Below, in pieces: positions 26,011-37,669 of a DNA stretch of 64,000 nt. Origin of the DNA: Geosiphon pyriformis uo1 (lineage: Eukaryota; Fungi; Glomeromycota); contig JAAOMT010000233.1 of NCBI GenBank assembly GCA_016748015.1, forward strand, positions 127,422-191,421. The letters are read 5' to 3'. Position 1 is the first letter of the stretch, and each line of letters opens with the position of its first letter. The position numbers were made by a program, and so were the translations under genes. The notes below the pieces were generated by a model that saw only the letters and a program-made list of their open reading frames with translations, made no database searches and was not told the DNA's origin.

Positions 26011-26718
26011 ATGATTATTCCCCGAAATATTCAACAAATATCCCAAAAATTAATGTTAGCCTTGAAAACACTCCCTGACTTATCTATAACGATTAATGGA
26101 AGTCAAATTAAATACATTCAGAAAGAAACCACAGCCCCAGTAGCAAATCATTTACAGAATTATCACCCCTATAGAAGAAAAACAAGAAGTCACTTTGAAA
26201 ATAGATTACCAAGACTTTTGAAGCAGGCACTAGAAGAAAATCTTTTAATTGCCCCTATTGACATTCCACCAAATGCTACAATACAACAAAAACTTTTACT
26301 ACTTTTTAATAAACAGAACAATGAACACACCCCTATCTATAAATACTTTCAAATTAAAAAAACACTTTATGAACGAAAACTGGTACTTGAAGCAACAAAT
26401 CTCACTCCTAAAGTTATACAAAAACAAATCCACAATGAATTCAAAACAGCAGCTGAACCAACAAACACTCGCTACAAACTTAGAGCAGCTCTTAGACTCT
26501 ATGACTTGTTTAATACTTGTGAAAATATTTTACAAAATCCAATACTGCAACCAATGAAAGTCCAATATATTGGCAAATTCACAGAACTGAAATTTCAACA
26601 ATTTTCAGACCAGATTACTTCAATTATTTTAGATCACTATCTCAATATTACAGATAGTGCTTGGACTTTGACAGAGCTCAGTCTTGAGAAAGAGATTATG
26701 TTACCAGTAGAATTTTAG
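26011..26718 (+). CDS. ORF3: intact 235-aa accessory protein downstream of integrase, function unknown
   Basis: Uninterrupted ATG-initiated ORF running over the PPT into the 3' LTR; homologous motifs at the same position in B, C, D and G. Confidence 0.8.
   Translation: MIIPRNIQQISQKLMLALKTLPDLSITINGSQIKYIQKETTAPVANHLQNYHPYRRKTRSHFENRLPRLLKQALEENLLIAPIDIPPNATIQQKLLLLFNKQNNEHTPIYKYFQIKKTLYERKLVLEATNLTPKVIQKQIHNEFKTAAEPTNTRYKLRAALRLYDLFNTCENILQNPILQPMKVQYIGKFTELKFQQFSDQITSIILDHYLNITDSAWTLTELSLEKEIMLPVEF
26684..26698 (+). promoter_or_regulatory. Polypurine tract of element A
   Basis: TGAGAAAGAGATTA directly before TGTTAC of the 3' LTR; similar tracts in B, C, D and G. Confidence 0.75.
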
Positions 26719-27650
26719 CTATTAATTAGCATGAAATTACCCTTATAATTCCTATAATTTATTAGTATATTAATATTATTTCAAATTATCATTTATTATT
26801 TAATCAATTATCACATATCACAATTCAATTAAGATAATCTAATTAATATAACAGAAAGTAGAATGATCAAATTACACAATACCCTGAACTTTGTAACATA
26901 CAGAAATTCGCCGAAATTATGAATAGTTCACCCAAATTAATCAATAGTTCAGCAAAATAACTTGTAGTTCATCAAAATGTATCTTTAGTTTGCCGAAATT
27001 TGAGCAAAGAGAAAAAGTGCAAGTTCATAGACTAGTACTACAACAAGTTGTATAAAAGAAGAGCTTTTCTCTTCTGGAAAATGTATCTTACTTTAGATTT
27101 ATCTCTTAAAACCGTTCCTATACACACAAAAAGAAATAAATATCAAATAATTCGAAAAAACCAAATTCTTTAATTATTGTACTTAGAAAAACCCCTAAAA
27201 CCCAACTAACATTTCGAAATTGATTAGCTACCAATTTCAGTAAACTGTTAGTGACTCCAGGCCTGGATAGAAAACGTTTCTCTTGACAAAATTCTATTTC
27301 TTTTACATTTTTTTTATTTTTCTTTTCTTTTCTTATTACAATCATTAGGGTAGCCTACAGACAAGATTCCTGTAGAAGAGTTGACTTTTACAGCAAAGTA
27401 ACTATACATTTTAGTGAGCTTCCAGACGAACAATTCCTGGGAAAGAGTTGACATTTACTACAACATAACTACATAAAGTAACTGGCAAGGAATTGGCCAT
27501 TCCATTTATAAGCCTAGTAGTTCAAATTATAGGAGATAATTTGAAGATAAATTCAGTTATTGGAGGTTCAACCACATCCAGAAAACGTAAATTCACAACA
27601 AACAGACATCAACAACATTTAAGAAAAGAGACCAAAAATTTCCAGTAAAA
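26699..27650 (+). repeat. 3' LTR of element A
   Basis: Direct repeat of 18052-19045, 42 bp shorter (two fewer TTCGCCGAA units). Confidence 0.96.
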
Positions 27651-28167
27651 ATAGTAATATTTTTCAAGATAAAACTTCTTAAATTGTCTTTAATTTCATT
27701 AAAATTATGAGACATACTCTTCTTCCAAATCCAAATATTCTGTTTATTATTAAAAACTATTATTTTATTGAGAAAAAACTTTTTTGGATCAACATAAGTT
27801 TCTTAGAATTCCAATAACAAAGATAATTAAAACAATTAATTGCCAAATATGCTGATATATTTGTCAAAAACAACAATAATCTTGGAAAAACTAATATTGT
27901 GCAGCATTAAATTTACATAGAAATTGCTTTACCAAAATGTTAATAAGCTTATTAAGTCTTATTTGCTAGACACCAATACATTAAAAAAAAAGTACAACAA
28001 ATACTTAACAATAGTTTCATCCAATTATTAAGAAGTTCCTGAGTCTTATCAATAGTTCTTATCAAAAAAAATAGAAAAATCAGATTTTGTGTAAATTATT
28101 ATTAACTGAATAATATTATAATAAAAGATACTTATATACTATTAAGAATTAATAACATGCTGGATGT
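27651..28167 (+). mobile_element. Element B: RT N-terminal piece between insertions A and D
   Basis: Colinear with A 23141-23660; resumes exactly after the TSD. Confidence 0.9.
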
Positions 28168-31100
28168 TGTTACAGATAAACTTGGTAGTATATGGTAATA
28201 ATATTTGGTGCTTAAAATTTGGGGTTTTTAGGGAGCTTTTAATGGTTTTTTTTTGGTAGGCTCATTTATTGTGTCAATATTATCAGTTTCTGAAGATCTT
28301 TTAGATTGTTATGAATTTATCTGTAGAGTTCTTTAGTTATAAGGCACAGAGAGATGTTTTGTAGTATTGCAATGTCTTATATGTAAATATAAGCTATTTT
28401 TTCCAAGCTAATAAGCACAATTGTTAAGGTCTGATAGTGTCTTTTCACTCTTTTGATAAGCTACCAAAATAATGTTAATATTCAAATTTAGAAAGAGCTT
28501 CTTTCTTTTACTAGACTATTACAAAGTTTATTTTTAGACAGTCAATTTTTCTATATTGTTACTCCACAAGAGAGAATTAAAAATAAAATAAAATAAAATA
28601 AAAAAATAAAATAAAAAATAAAAAAATAAAAAAAGATGAATTAGTATTGTCAATTGTCATGATCAAGAGTGATTGGTCCAGGTTATTAAGAGTTTGAGGC
28701 ATTTATGCTAAGAGCATCTGTCCTGAAATAAAAAGATGAAACAAAGATTAGTTCAATTTAAATACAAGATAATTGATAACTATGTATCAAAAATTTTGTA
28801 GTTTTCAACTAAGTCTTTTATTTTTGTAAAATGTAATAATTATAAGAAAAAGGAAAATTGATTCTTATTTGAATGTTTTTTTAACTTCTATAACTACTCA
28901 TTTTTATACATTTTTTTTGGTTCTATAAGATTGCTTTTTAATTGTTTTGTTTTTGCTAGTTATTACTTTGCTATTTCTGTTATCATTTTATTTTTCTATA
29001 TTATTACTAGTTATCTTATGTTTTAACTAATTATTTTATGTTATAATATATTATCAAATTTTGTATTATATTATTCTAAGTTATTATGTATTATTATGTA
29101 TTCTTTTATGTTATTCTGTCCTATTTTATGTTGTTATGTTTTTGGTTACATTTTCTCTATAACTTTGGATTGGTTTTTCTATTTAGGTAACATTATCCCT
29201 CTTTTTTTAGAATTGAGCTTTTGCAAAATTATATCTATCTGTAATAATTGTATTTTCTGTTTAGTATTTGATTGTTGTATCAAATATTGCTTTTTGTAGG
29301 TTTTTAAACTGTGTATTCATTATTTATTCTATGTTGTTGACCATAATAGTTGTTAATAAGCTGTCTAATAGTACAGCTAAACAGTATTTGAATGCTGAAT
29401 ATAAACAATATGCTGTTTTGTAATTCAGTATTAGGTTGCTTCTTTCTACAAATTTTTCTACTTGTTTAAGGGCCACTTTGTTGAATGTCTAATGGTTGTA
29501 GTTTTTGTATAATGTGCTCAATCTTAGTTGTTTACTAATCTTATAAAACCAATAGACTAGTGGAAGTTTTTCTTTCCATATTCTGGTATTGTATAGTGTC
29601 CATTTTTCTGTTGCTGGTTCTTTAGTTATCCTACTTAAAGCTTTTTTGATTTCTTTGAGCTTTATATGACATGTATCTATTTTTGTTACTTTCTTTCTCT
29701 TTTTATTTGTGTGGAGTTTTCTTTCAACATATCTTTTTTTTTTTTGCCCTCTTTTTTTTTTTAATTATTGTGTAGAGCACTAATTACCAGAATAAAGAGT
29801 CATTCATAGGGATGAGATTGTTCAGTTTTAATTGAACTTTTACTCACCTCTTTTCTGTTTTTGTCTTTGTATCATATCTCTTTTTTATCAATTGTAATTT
29901 CTATTTGAATCATAGAGTATTGAATTGCATCAAATAGTTGTTTCAAAAGTTGTAAAATTAGATTTAATAGGTTTATGTTACAAGTTTTATTGATTTATTC
30001 TTGTTGTTTTAATGATTATATATACTTAAATTTTCCAATTAAATAGTTGTGTATCAATTATGTTTTGATAATAATAATTAGTTCTAGATTTTGTAGTATA
30101 TTTTCAGGTCTAATTAATCAAATTTGTATTTTTAGTTGAGATATGAATAACAATAACTCTTGTTTTGTATGATAAATTTTTAACCAATTTTCATGTGCTA
30201 TTTTTTTTAAAATTTTGTTTTCCAATTGTAATTTGTAAGCTCTGTTGCCTAAAACTTTGTGTATGTGGAATAAACTGTCCTATTTTGGATCAAACTTTCC
30301 ACTCCACTGTTTCTCAACTTTTGTACAATACAATAGTACTTGGTCTCTAATTTTAAATTCTATTGGTTGTTTAGGTAGACAGTTATCATATCTTTCTTTT
30401 TGTTATTTTTAAGCATTACTAATGTTATCAGCTGCTGTTTTGCAATTGTCTTCCAATGTTTTTATGAGCTAGTATATTCTTTGGTACAAGATAGCTTCAA
30501 AATTTTTTTTGGTGATTACTTTTGTTAGATAAAACAGTATTTCTCATTCAATAGATAAAGTGGCTTTTCTTTTATAGACTAATTCAAATAATATGAACTG
30601 AATCATATCTTGTTTTAATGTTCAGTATATAAATAATATGAAAGATATAAATAAGTCTCATTCTTGTGCATTTTCATAGCATATTTTTGCTAATGCTTCA
30701 CACAACATCTAGTTAAATTGTTCTACCAGTCTATTTGTTTGTGAGTAATATGATAACAATAAGGATCCTTTTTATTTCAAACTATTGGCTTAGTTCAGTT
30801 AATATACTATTGACAAAGTGAGTTTTTTGGTCTGATAATAATTTTTTTAGGCATTTATGTTGGCAAATTAAGTATTAATGTACAAATTCAGTTACTGTTT
30901 TAACATTGGTCACTTAGATTGCTTTGGTTTCTGGCTATTTTATAAGATAGTCTATTACTATGGCTATATAATGATTTTTTTGGATGTAATTGAGAGAAAA
31001 CCAACCAAATTGCTTCTAATTTTATCAAATAGATTTTTAATTAGAATGAATCAAAGTAGTTCTATTGATTTTGTTTCTCCTCTTTTTTGGCAAGAGTCAC

Positions 31101-32658
31101 AATTGAGCATGTATTCGACAATATCTTTATATATTATTGGCCAATAGTATTAGTTTATGGTTTTTTCTAGAGTAGTGTTTTTGTTGAAATGTTCTGCAGT
31201 TGGATCAAAATGCATATTATGTAAAATAGTTTTTTTTATTGTCTTTTATAATTTATTATAAAGTGGTACAGTTTTAATATTCTTGACAATATAGTTAGTT
31301 ATTTTGAATAAAGTATATTTAAACATGTTTTTGTATAATATTCTGTTTCTGTTGAAGTAAAATCTCTTTAAACTGAAGTGTTAATAAGTACTTATATAAT
31401 TGCTAATAAGTAATTGTATCTATAGATTTGAGACTAGACTTGTGTTATCTTTGACAAGCTGTTAGAATTAGCATTTTTGAATCTTTTTTTGTAATGAACT
31501 TTGTATAGAAATTGTTGCAGATAAGTATTCCATCACACATATTTTTCTTCTGATTGTGATTTGTTAAATAACTAAATAAGCTCTTTATAATTGGTTAAGA
31601 TAATGTTTTCAAGTATATATGGCTTAATAGATGGCAAGACATTCCAAATCCATTGCATTGTATATTTTCTCTGCTGAATTTGTGCTATAACTAGCATATA
31701 CAATTGAATATTTTCTGTTGTCTAATTCAATTTGGAACAGAACTACTCCTAATGCATTTTTCAAGACATCTGTTGCAATCATAAACTTTTTGTTGAAGTT
31801 GGAGTAGATTAAAATTGGTGCTATAATCAATTGTTATTTGAGATAATTAAATGCTTCTTGCTGTTTTTTCTCTAAAAATATGGCACATGTTTCAATAGTA
31901 AGTAGTAGAAAGATTTGGCAATATCTGAAAATTTTTTAACAAACCAATAATAGTATTCAACCAGTCCTAAGAATCCTTTTAGTTCTTGTAAATTAGTTGG
32001 AACATTGATATTGTCCAGATATACTATGACTGATTTTCATAGAATTCTTTTATACATAATATTCATTAGTTATTAAAAGGTAGTAGAAGTGTTGCAAAAT
32101 CCAAAAAGCATTATATTGAACTCAAAATTTCTATCTTGTATGGTAAATACCATTTTTTTTTGTATTTTGGATCTATTTCGACTTGCTAATATCTGTTGAC
32201 AAAATCTAAAGATGAGAATTATTTCTTCTTAAATTGTTCAAAATTTTTTGAATGAGTGAAGTGGAATAACTATCTTCATAAGTAATATTATTTAGTTTCC
32301 AATAATCTATACAAAACGTTATCTTTTCATTTTTTTTTATAACTAATACAATTAAAAAGAACCAAGAGTTTAACAATTCTTTGATCAGATTATTGTCAAA
32401 TATTCATTGTACCTCTTGTTTGATTAGATTATTGCCTATTGGATTTACTTTATAGATTTATTGTTTAATAGGTTGCATGTTTTTCATGTCAATCTGGTGT
32501 TTAATAATATTGGTGTATCTGAACTTATTTTTACTGGCAAAAACATCAGCATACTAATTTAAAAGAACCTTGAGTTGTATTTGCTGTAGAGTACTTAAGT
32601 TTCCTAAATTTAATTTGTTAATTTCTTCCAATGTAAACAAGTAACTTTTTTTTAACAG

Positions 32659-33477
32659 TATTACTCATAAAAAAAACATACAAGAAAAATAATAGAAAAA
32701 AACAGATAGATCAATAGGAAAATAGTATCTAATACATAAGCATATTGCTTAGCAATATGAAACAATATCAGAAAATCATAACACATTGCTTAAGAAATTA
32801 TAGCACATTGCTCAGAAATATAAGCAATCTCATAGAACCCAAATTATATATATATAACAAGAGTGTTAAAAGCAGAAAAGACAGAATTCTCAGCTATAAT
32901 CAATATCAAGATTTGACAGAATAGAATCAGCAATATCAATAAAATAACTATTTACCATTCAAATTACTTTTCTCACTATTAACACTACATATTAATAGTA
33001 TTTAATACTTAATTGTATTGGAAAAATAGCTCTTGATTATGGCTATTGATATGATATTAACTTTTTATTGCCTTGGCTTATTTTTTATTTTTATTTTTAT
33101 TTTTTTTATTTTTTTTTTATTTTTGTTTATTGTTGTATACTAATTGATTAAAAATTAAGCACTGAATTATTGATGTCAAGAATAGTCTGGTAAAAGATCT
33201 ATGAAACAAGGATAGAAAACTCAAAAATTGAGGATAGCTTACTAAAAAGACACAACTGCCAGAATAAACTGGCTATCATGCTAAAGAAAAAAATTTGATG
33301 GAATTGTGATTCCAAAAAACTACTGAAACAACACTTGAATTTCTGTCCTTTATACAAAAAACTTAACCAAACCTTCAAATAACCAAAATCTTCAGATATC
33401 ACTAACTGTATCAGCTATTGAGCATCAATTTATGGATTTATTATTTGATTTGAGACTCCAAATAATCACTTATAACA
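32659..33477 (+). mobile_element. Solo LTR, family C-like, inside pol of D
   Basis: TATTACTCAT...TATAACA with the perfect TSD ACAG (32655-32658 / 33478-33481). Confidence 0.92.
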
Positions 33478-36400
33478 ACAGGTTCTATATTTGTGAGGTA
33501 ATATTACAAAATAAGAATAATTGTGTAAAATCTGGAATGAATTAAAATTTTTTTGGATTCTAAATGTCTGGAAATATAGAACCAACAAGAATTTTTTTTG
33601 GAATTTCAATAATATTTTTAGTGTGATTATAGATGGGGATTTTTAAATGTTTATAAGCTTTAATTAATATATACAGATTGGCTATGTTAGTTAGAAAGCA
33701 GATTTCTGAATTGGCTTCAAATAATATGACTTGATCTTGGATTTTTCTTTTTATTTTAAAAATGTATTGTCAATATGAAGGAATAGAGATAATTGTGTCT
33801 ATGTATATTAATTCTATCTGATTACTGTCTTTTTTGATAAAGTTGACAGATACATTTTCTCTTTTCCTTAATCTAAATCTATTAATTACTCTGGCAGAGA
33901 GACCTAATTCTTTACATATAGTAACTGAAGTTAATTGGGATATTTTTATGAAAGGCAGAAAAATAACTTGAGCAATCTTTTTTTGTAGCTCAATTTTGTA
34001 AGATCAGTTTGAATTAATTTGTAACATTATGATGATATTTTCTGTGTATTTAGCATTAATAATTCTTCTTTTTACATTGATTTTTTCTTGGCCAGATTAG
34101 ATTGAAATGTGACTTGTATTATTGTATTGAGAGGAATTTTTAAGACTATTTTTAGGTCTATTGTTACAAAAAAATATGGAGCTATAACTATGAGTTATTG
34201 TCCAGAGTATTTTAAGTCAAAACCAGTATTAGTTTTGTCTGTTTTCTTGGGACATATTTTCTTATAGTTGTTATTATATCATTTTAACTTTAATTTTTTA
34301 GAGAGATTAAGGTAGACAAGATATTGTTCTATTTTAGCAGTCTTATTTGGCTCTTAAAATGACATGTATTTGGTAACTAATTCATAATTTTCATTAGGTT
34401 TTGATAATTTTATGATAAGATATAACTTCTTTAGAAACAAATTGAATAAAAAATTACACACATTGCAGTACTGAAAATGGCAAGAGATTAGACAATGATT
34501 GCACAGCTTTATATTGAGATTAACTAGTCTTTGCTCCTATTTTTCTTGGGTAGGAGTTAATTCTTGGTATTGGTTTTGGAATGCTTTTGAATTATCTGTA
34601 AATAGTTTATCTATTTTTTTAATAATAACAAGAGCATTTTTAATGGCATATATTTTTTCAATAGTGGCTTTCTCATATTTTGCTAAGGCCATTTCTCAGA
34701 TTTTTTCTTTATTATAAAAATAGTTTTCCAGTTAGTTCATTGCCCATTAATACACTGCAGCAAACAGAGTTTCTTTTCGCATCCAGTTGTTGATCAAGGT
34801 AATATACTAATAAAACTTATCACAAGTTCTTTTTTTTCCAAAAACATCATTCTATAAACCTTCATTGAGTAGAATTTCACTATATGTAAGACAAAAAGTA
34901 TTGTCCTATTTGCTCTGCTACTTTGGCTGTCCGAATTTTTCTAACACATATAGTTGACAATAATATTTTGTGACAGTCAGCCAAATTTTATTATTTCCAA
35001 TGCAAGCAGTCATTAAAGATAATTTCTTTCCACAATCAACACAGATTAGTTTTAGAGGTCAGTATGGTTAATTTCTTTGATGTAGTATTTGGTAAATTGG
35101 TAGTAAAACCTAATGTTTTTTATCAGTCTTTCTCTTTCTTTTATCTTCCCAAGTGGAAATTGGTAGAAGCTTTGTTCAAAAATTATCCACCCAAAAAATC
35201 TGGTATGTTTTTAAGATTGGTTGAGAAATTGGTTCATTGAATTTGATTAATGGTTGTTCTGAGATTGCTATTTAGAAGTGTCTGTATATTGTGAATATTC
35301 AAGTGTGTTGTTCTTTAAAAGTAATTTGGAGCTCTTGTGTGTTTTAGTTTAAAGTAGCATGGGCTTTATTAGTCAATCATTTCTTATAAGAGCTTAATAT
35401 TAAATAGCTTCTATAATAAAGACTTTAGTAGATATTTGAATTCTGTTAATTTCAAAAGAAAAATTGTTGATCTCTCCTATTAAGGTCTTGGTATTTTCAT
35501 CTACTGTGATAATTCAGGCAGTAGCTGCTTAATTTACTTGGTAACCTAATTGATCCATGAGTTTTTTCATAATTATGCTATTTGCAGATCCACTGTTGAG
35601 TATCAATTTAATGTTTATTTCTTTTACTTGAACATTAGTATACATTATCGTGATTAGTTTGTTCTGGTTAATAGTGGCTCTACTAAAAAAATTATTAGTA
35701 TTGTTTAGACTATTAATGTCAAAAAAAATATAGTGGCCAGAGTAGTGTCTTTTATAATGATAGCAGATGGAATAATGGTAGTAGTTAAGATAGTTTTTGG
35801 AGTCAAAGAATTGGAAAGTCTGCCTATATTTTTTTTTCTAAAGGTGTAGTATTACCAAAATTCAGAATTTTGGTGAGACTAAAATACAAAGCTTAATTGG
35901 GATATCTGATTGGTGTTGGTTAAGATGTTATGTTGCTATGATTGATTGGTCGAAATGGCCTATTAATAAGTTGTAGTTAATTTCCACTGATGTTTTGCCA
36001 TCTTTGATTGTAGTCAATTGCTTGTGGTTTTAGTTGACTATATATAGAGTTTTAATACTAAGGTGCTGACTGAGTCATTGTTAATAGTAGCTGATAGTAA
36101 TTCTGAGGCATTTGTTGTAAGTACTATAGCAGTTAATATTGAGGAGCTGAGTATTATGGTCTTATGGTTTAAGGATATTTTGGTTGTTGGTAATATTAAT
36201 TTTCCCAGTTTTGGCTAATTACTTTCTTTTAGCAATCCTAAGCAACATGTCCAGATTTTTGACAGTAGTAACAGCTATAGGGATCTGATCTCCAGAGTTG
36301 TTGTTGTTGTTAATGATTCTATTATGGTTAATATCTGTTTTTGTTGTTGTTGTTTTTTCATTGGGGCAGCTGATAAGTTTCTGTAGTACTGACTAAGAAT

Positions 36401-37669
36401 CTCTCAATTTTCTGAGTTAATTTTTCACTTAATTGGATAAGCTTTTTGTTAATATTAGAAGTTCTATTGATGACCAAATTAATGACTTAAGTGTGATTGG
36501 TTTTTTATTTTGCTAATTCAAAGTTATGAGCAAAAAAAACTGCTTCTTGTAAGTTTGTTGGGTGTCAGAGTTTTATTCATTGTAGAATGTTATTTTTTAA
36601 TCCTTTAATAAATTGATTAAGAATTTGTCCAAGTGTGTAATAGTTCTTCTCAATTACTTAAATCTATTGGAAAATTTGATTAAATTATTTAAGATAAGTG
36701 GTTACAGCTTCATAATCTTTCTGTTTTACTATGCTAAACTGATTTTGTGATCTGATGAGTGTATTAGAGTTGTAAAAATATTGCAAAAAAGCAAGTTTGA
36801 AAGCAGCAAAGTTAGTTGGTTTTTCTTTGAGACTTTGGTATCATGAATCTGTTATTTCCATCAGAAAAAAAGACAATGCTTAAATTGTTCTGTTATTATC
36901 TCAATTGTTGGTAGTAATTGCTTTCTTGGCTTCTATAATCCAAGAATATGTATTATCTTTCTTTCTAGAAAATTTCTCAAGCCTAGTGATATCTTGATAA
37001 GCCATGTTTTAATTAATTGGAGATAGTTTATTGGTTGAGACTAAGAGAATTGATGATAGGGTATTATATTGTTCTTTGGGTGTTAATGCTGGTTGTTTTT
37101 TTTTGTTGAGACTAATAAGTAGCAAGATAGCTGTTTTTTCTGTAAAAGTAATTGCTAACTTTGTTAGAAGCTGTGCTAATGGTAGTATCTAAGAAGATGT
37201 GCTTCTGCCAAGTTGGCTGGCTATTGAAATAAGATTCTTAAATAATAATTTGTATTTTTCCAGAGATTTTGTCCAAAAATTATTATTATAACTCCAAAAG
37301 TACAGAGTTCCAGAAGTTCTTGAAGTTTTTATTTATGTTTCTGTAAGTTGGTTGAATAAAATTCTACTTTCTGGTGTCTGATAGTATAATAAAGTAATTG
37401 ATAAGAAGAATCTTGACTTTTTGTTGACTGTAGGTCAAGCTTGTTTTTGTGCAGCTATTGTATTATCAGATTTGAACTTAGATTCTGTAAAGTCAGACTT
37501 TACTATTTGTCTTCTTTTTACTTAAAAGTACTATTGTGTTATGTATTTCTCAATTTCTCTATCAATTATACAAAGAGTCTCAGCTATGACTTGAGTAATG
37601 GTTTTTGTTGAGTATATCAATAATTTTTGGTGTATCTGTTCTCTAATTTTTTCTGTGTTTATTGCTTGG

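Larger units (their letters stand above)
18052..27650 (+). mobile_element. Ty3/gypsy LTR retrotransposon 'A', near full length, youngest copy
   Basis: Two near-identical LTRs (18052-19045, 26699-27650), PBS, PPT, 4-bp TSD ATAG (18048-18051 / 27651-27654), domain order gag-PR-RT-RH-IN. The flanks join into one older copy of the same family (B). Confidence 0.97.

Noticed and set aside
26011-26718. env gene or chromodomain call for ORF3
   Set aside because: No signal peptide, transmembrane helix or fusion-protein features; no chromodomain aromatic-cage motif here or at the integrase C-termini visible in B, C and G.
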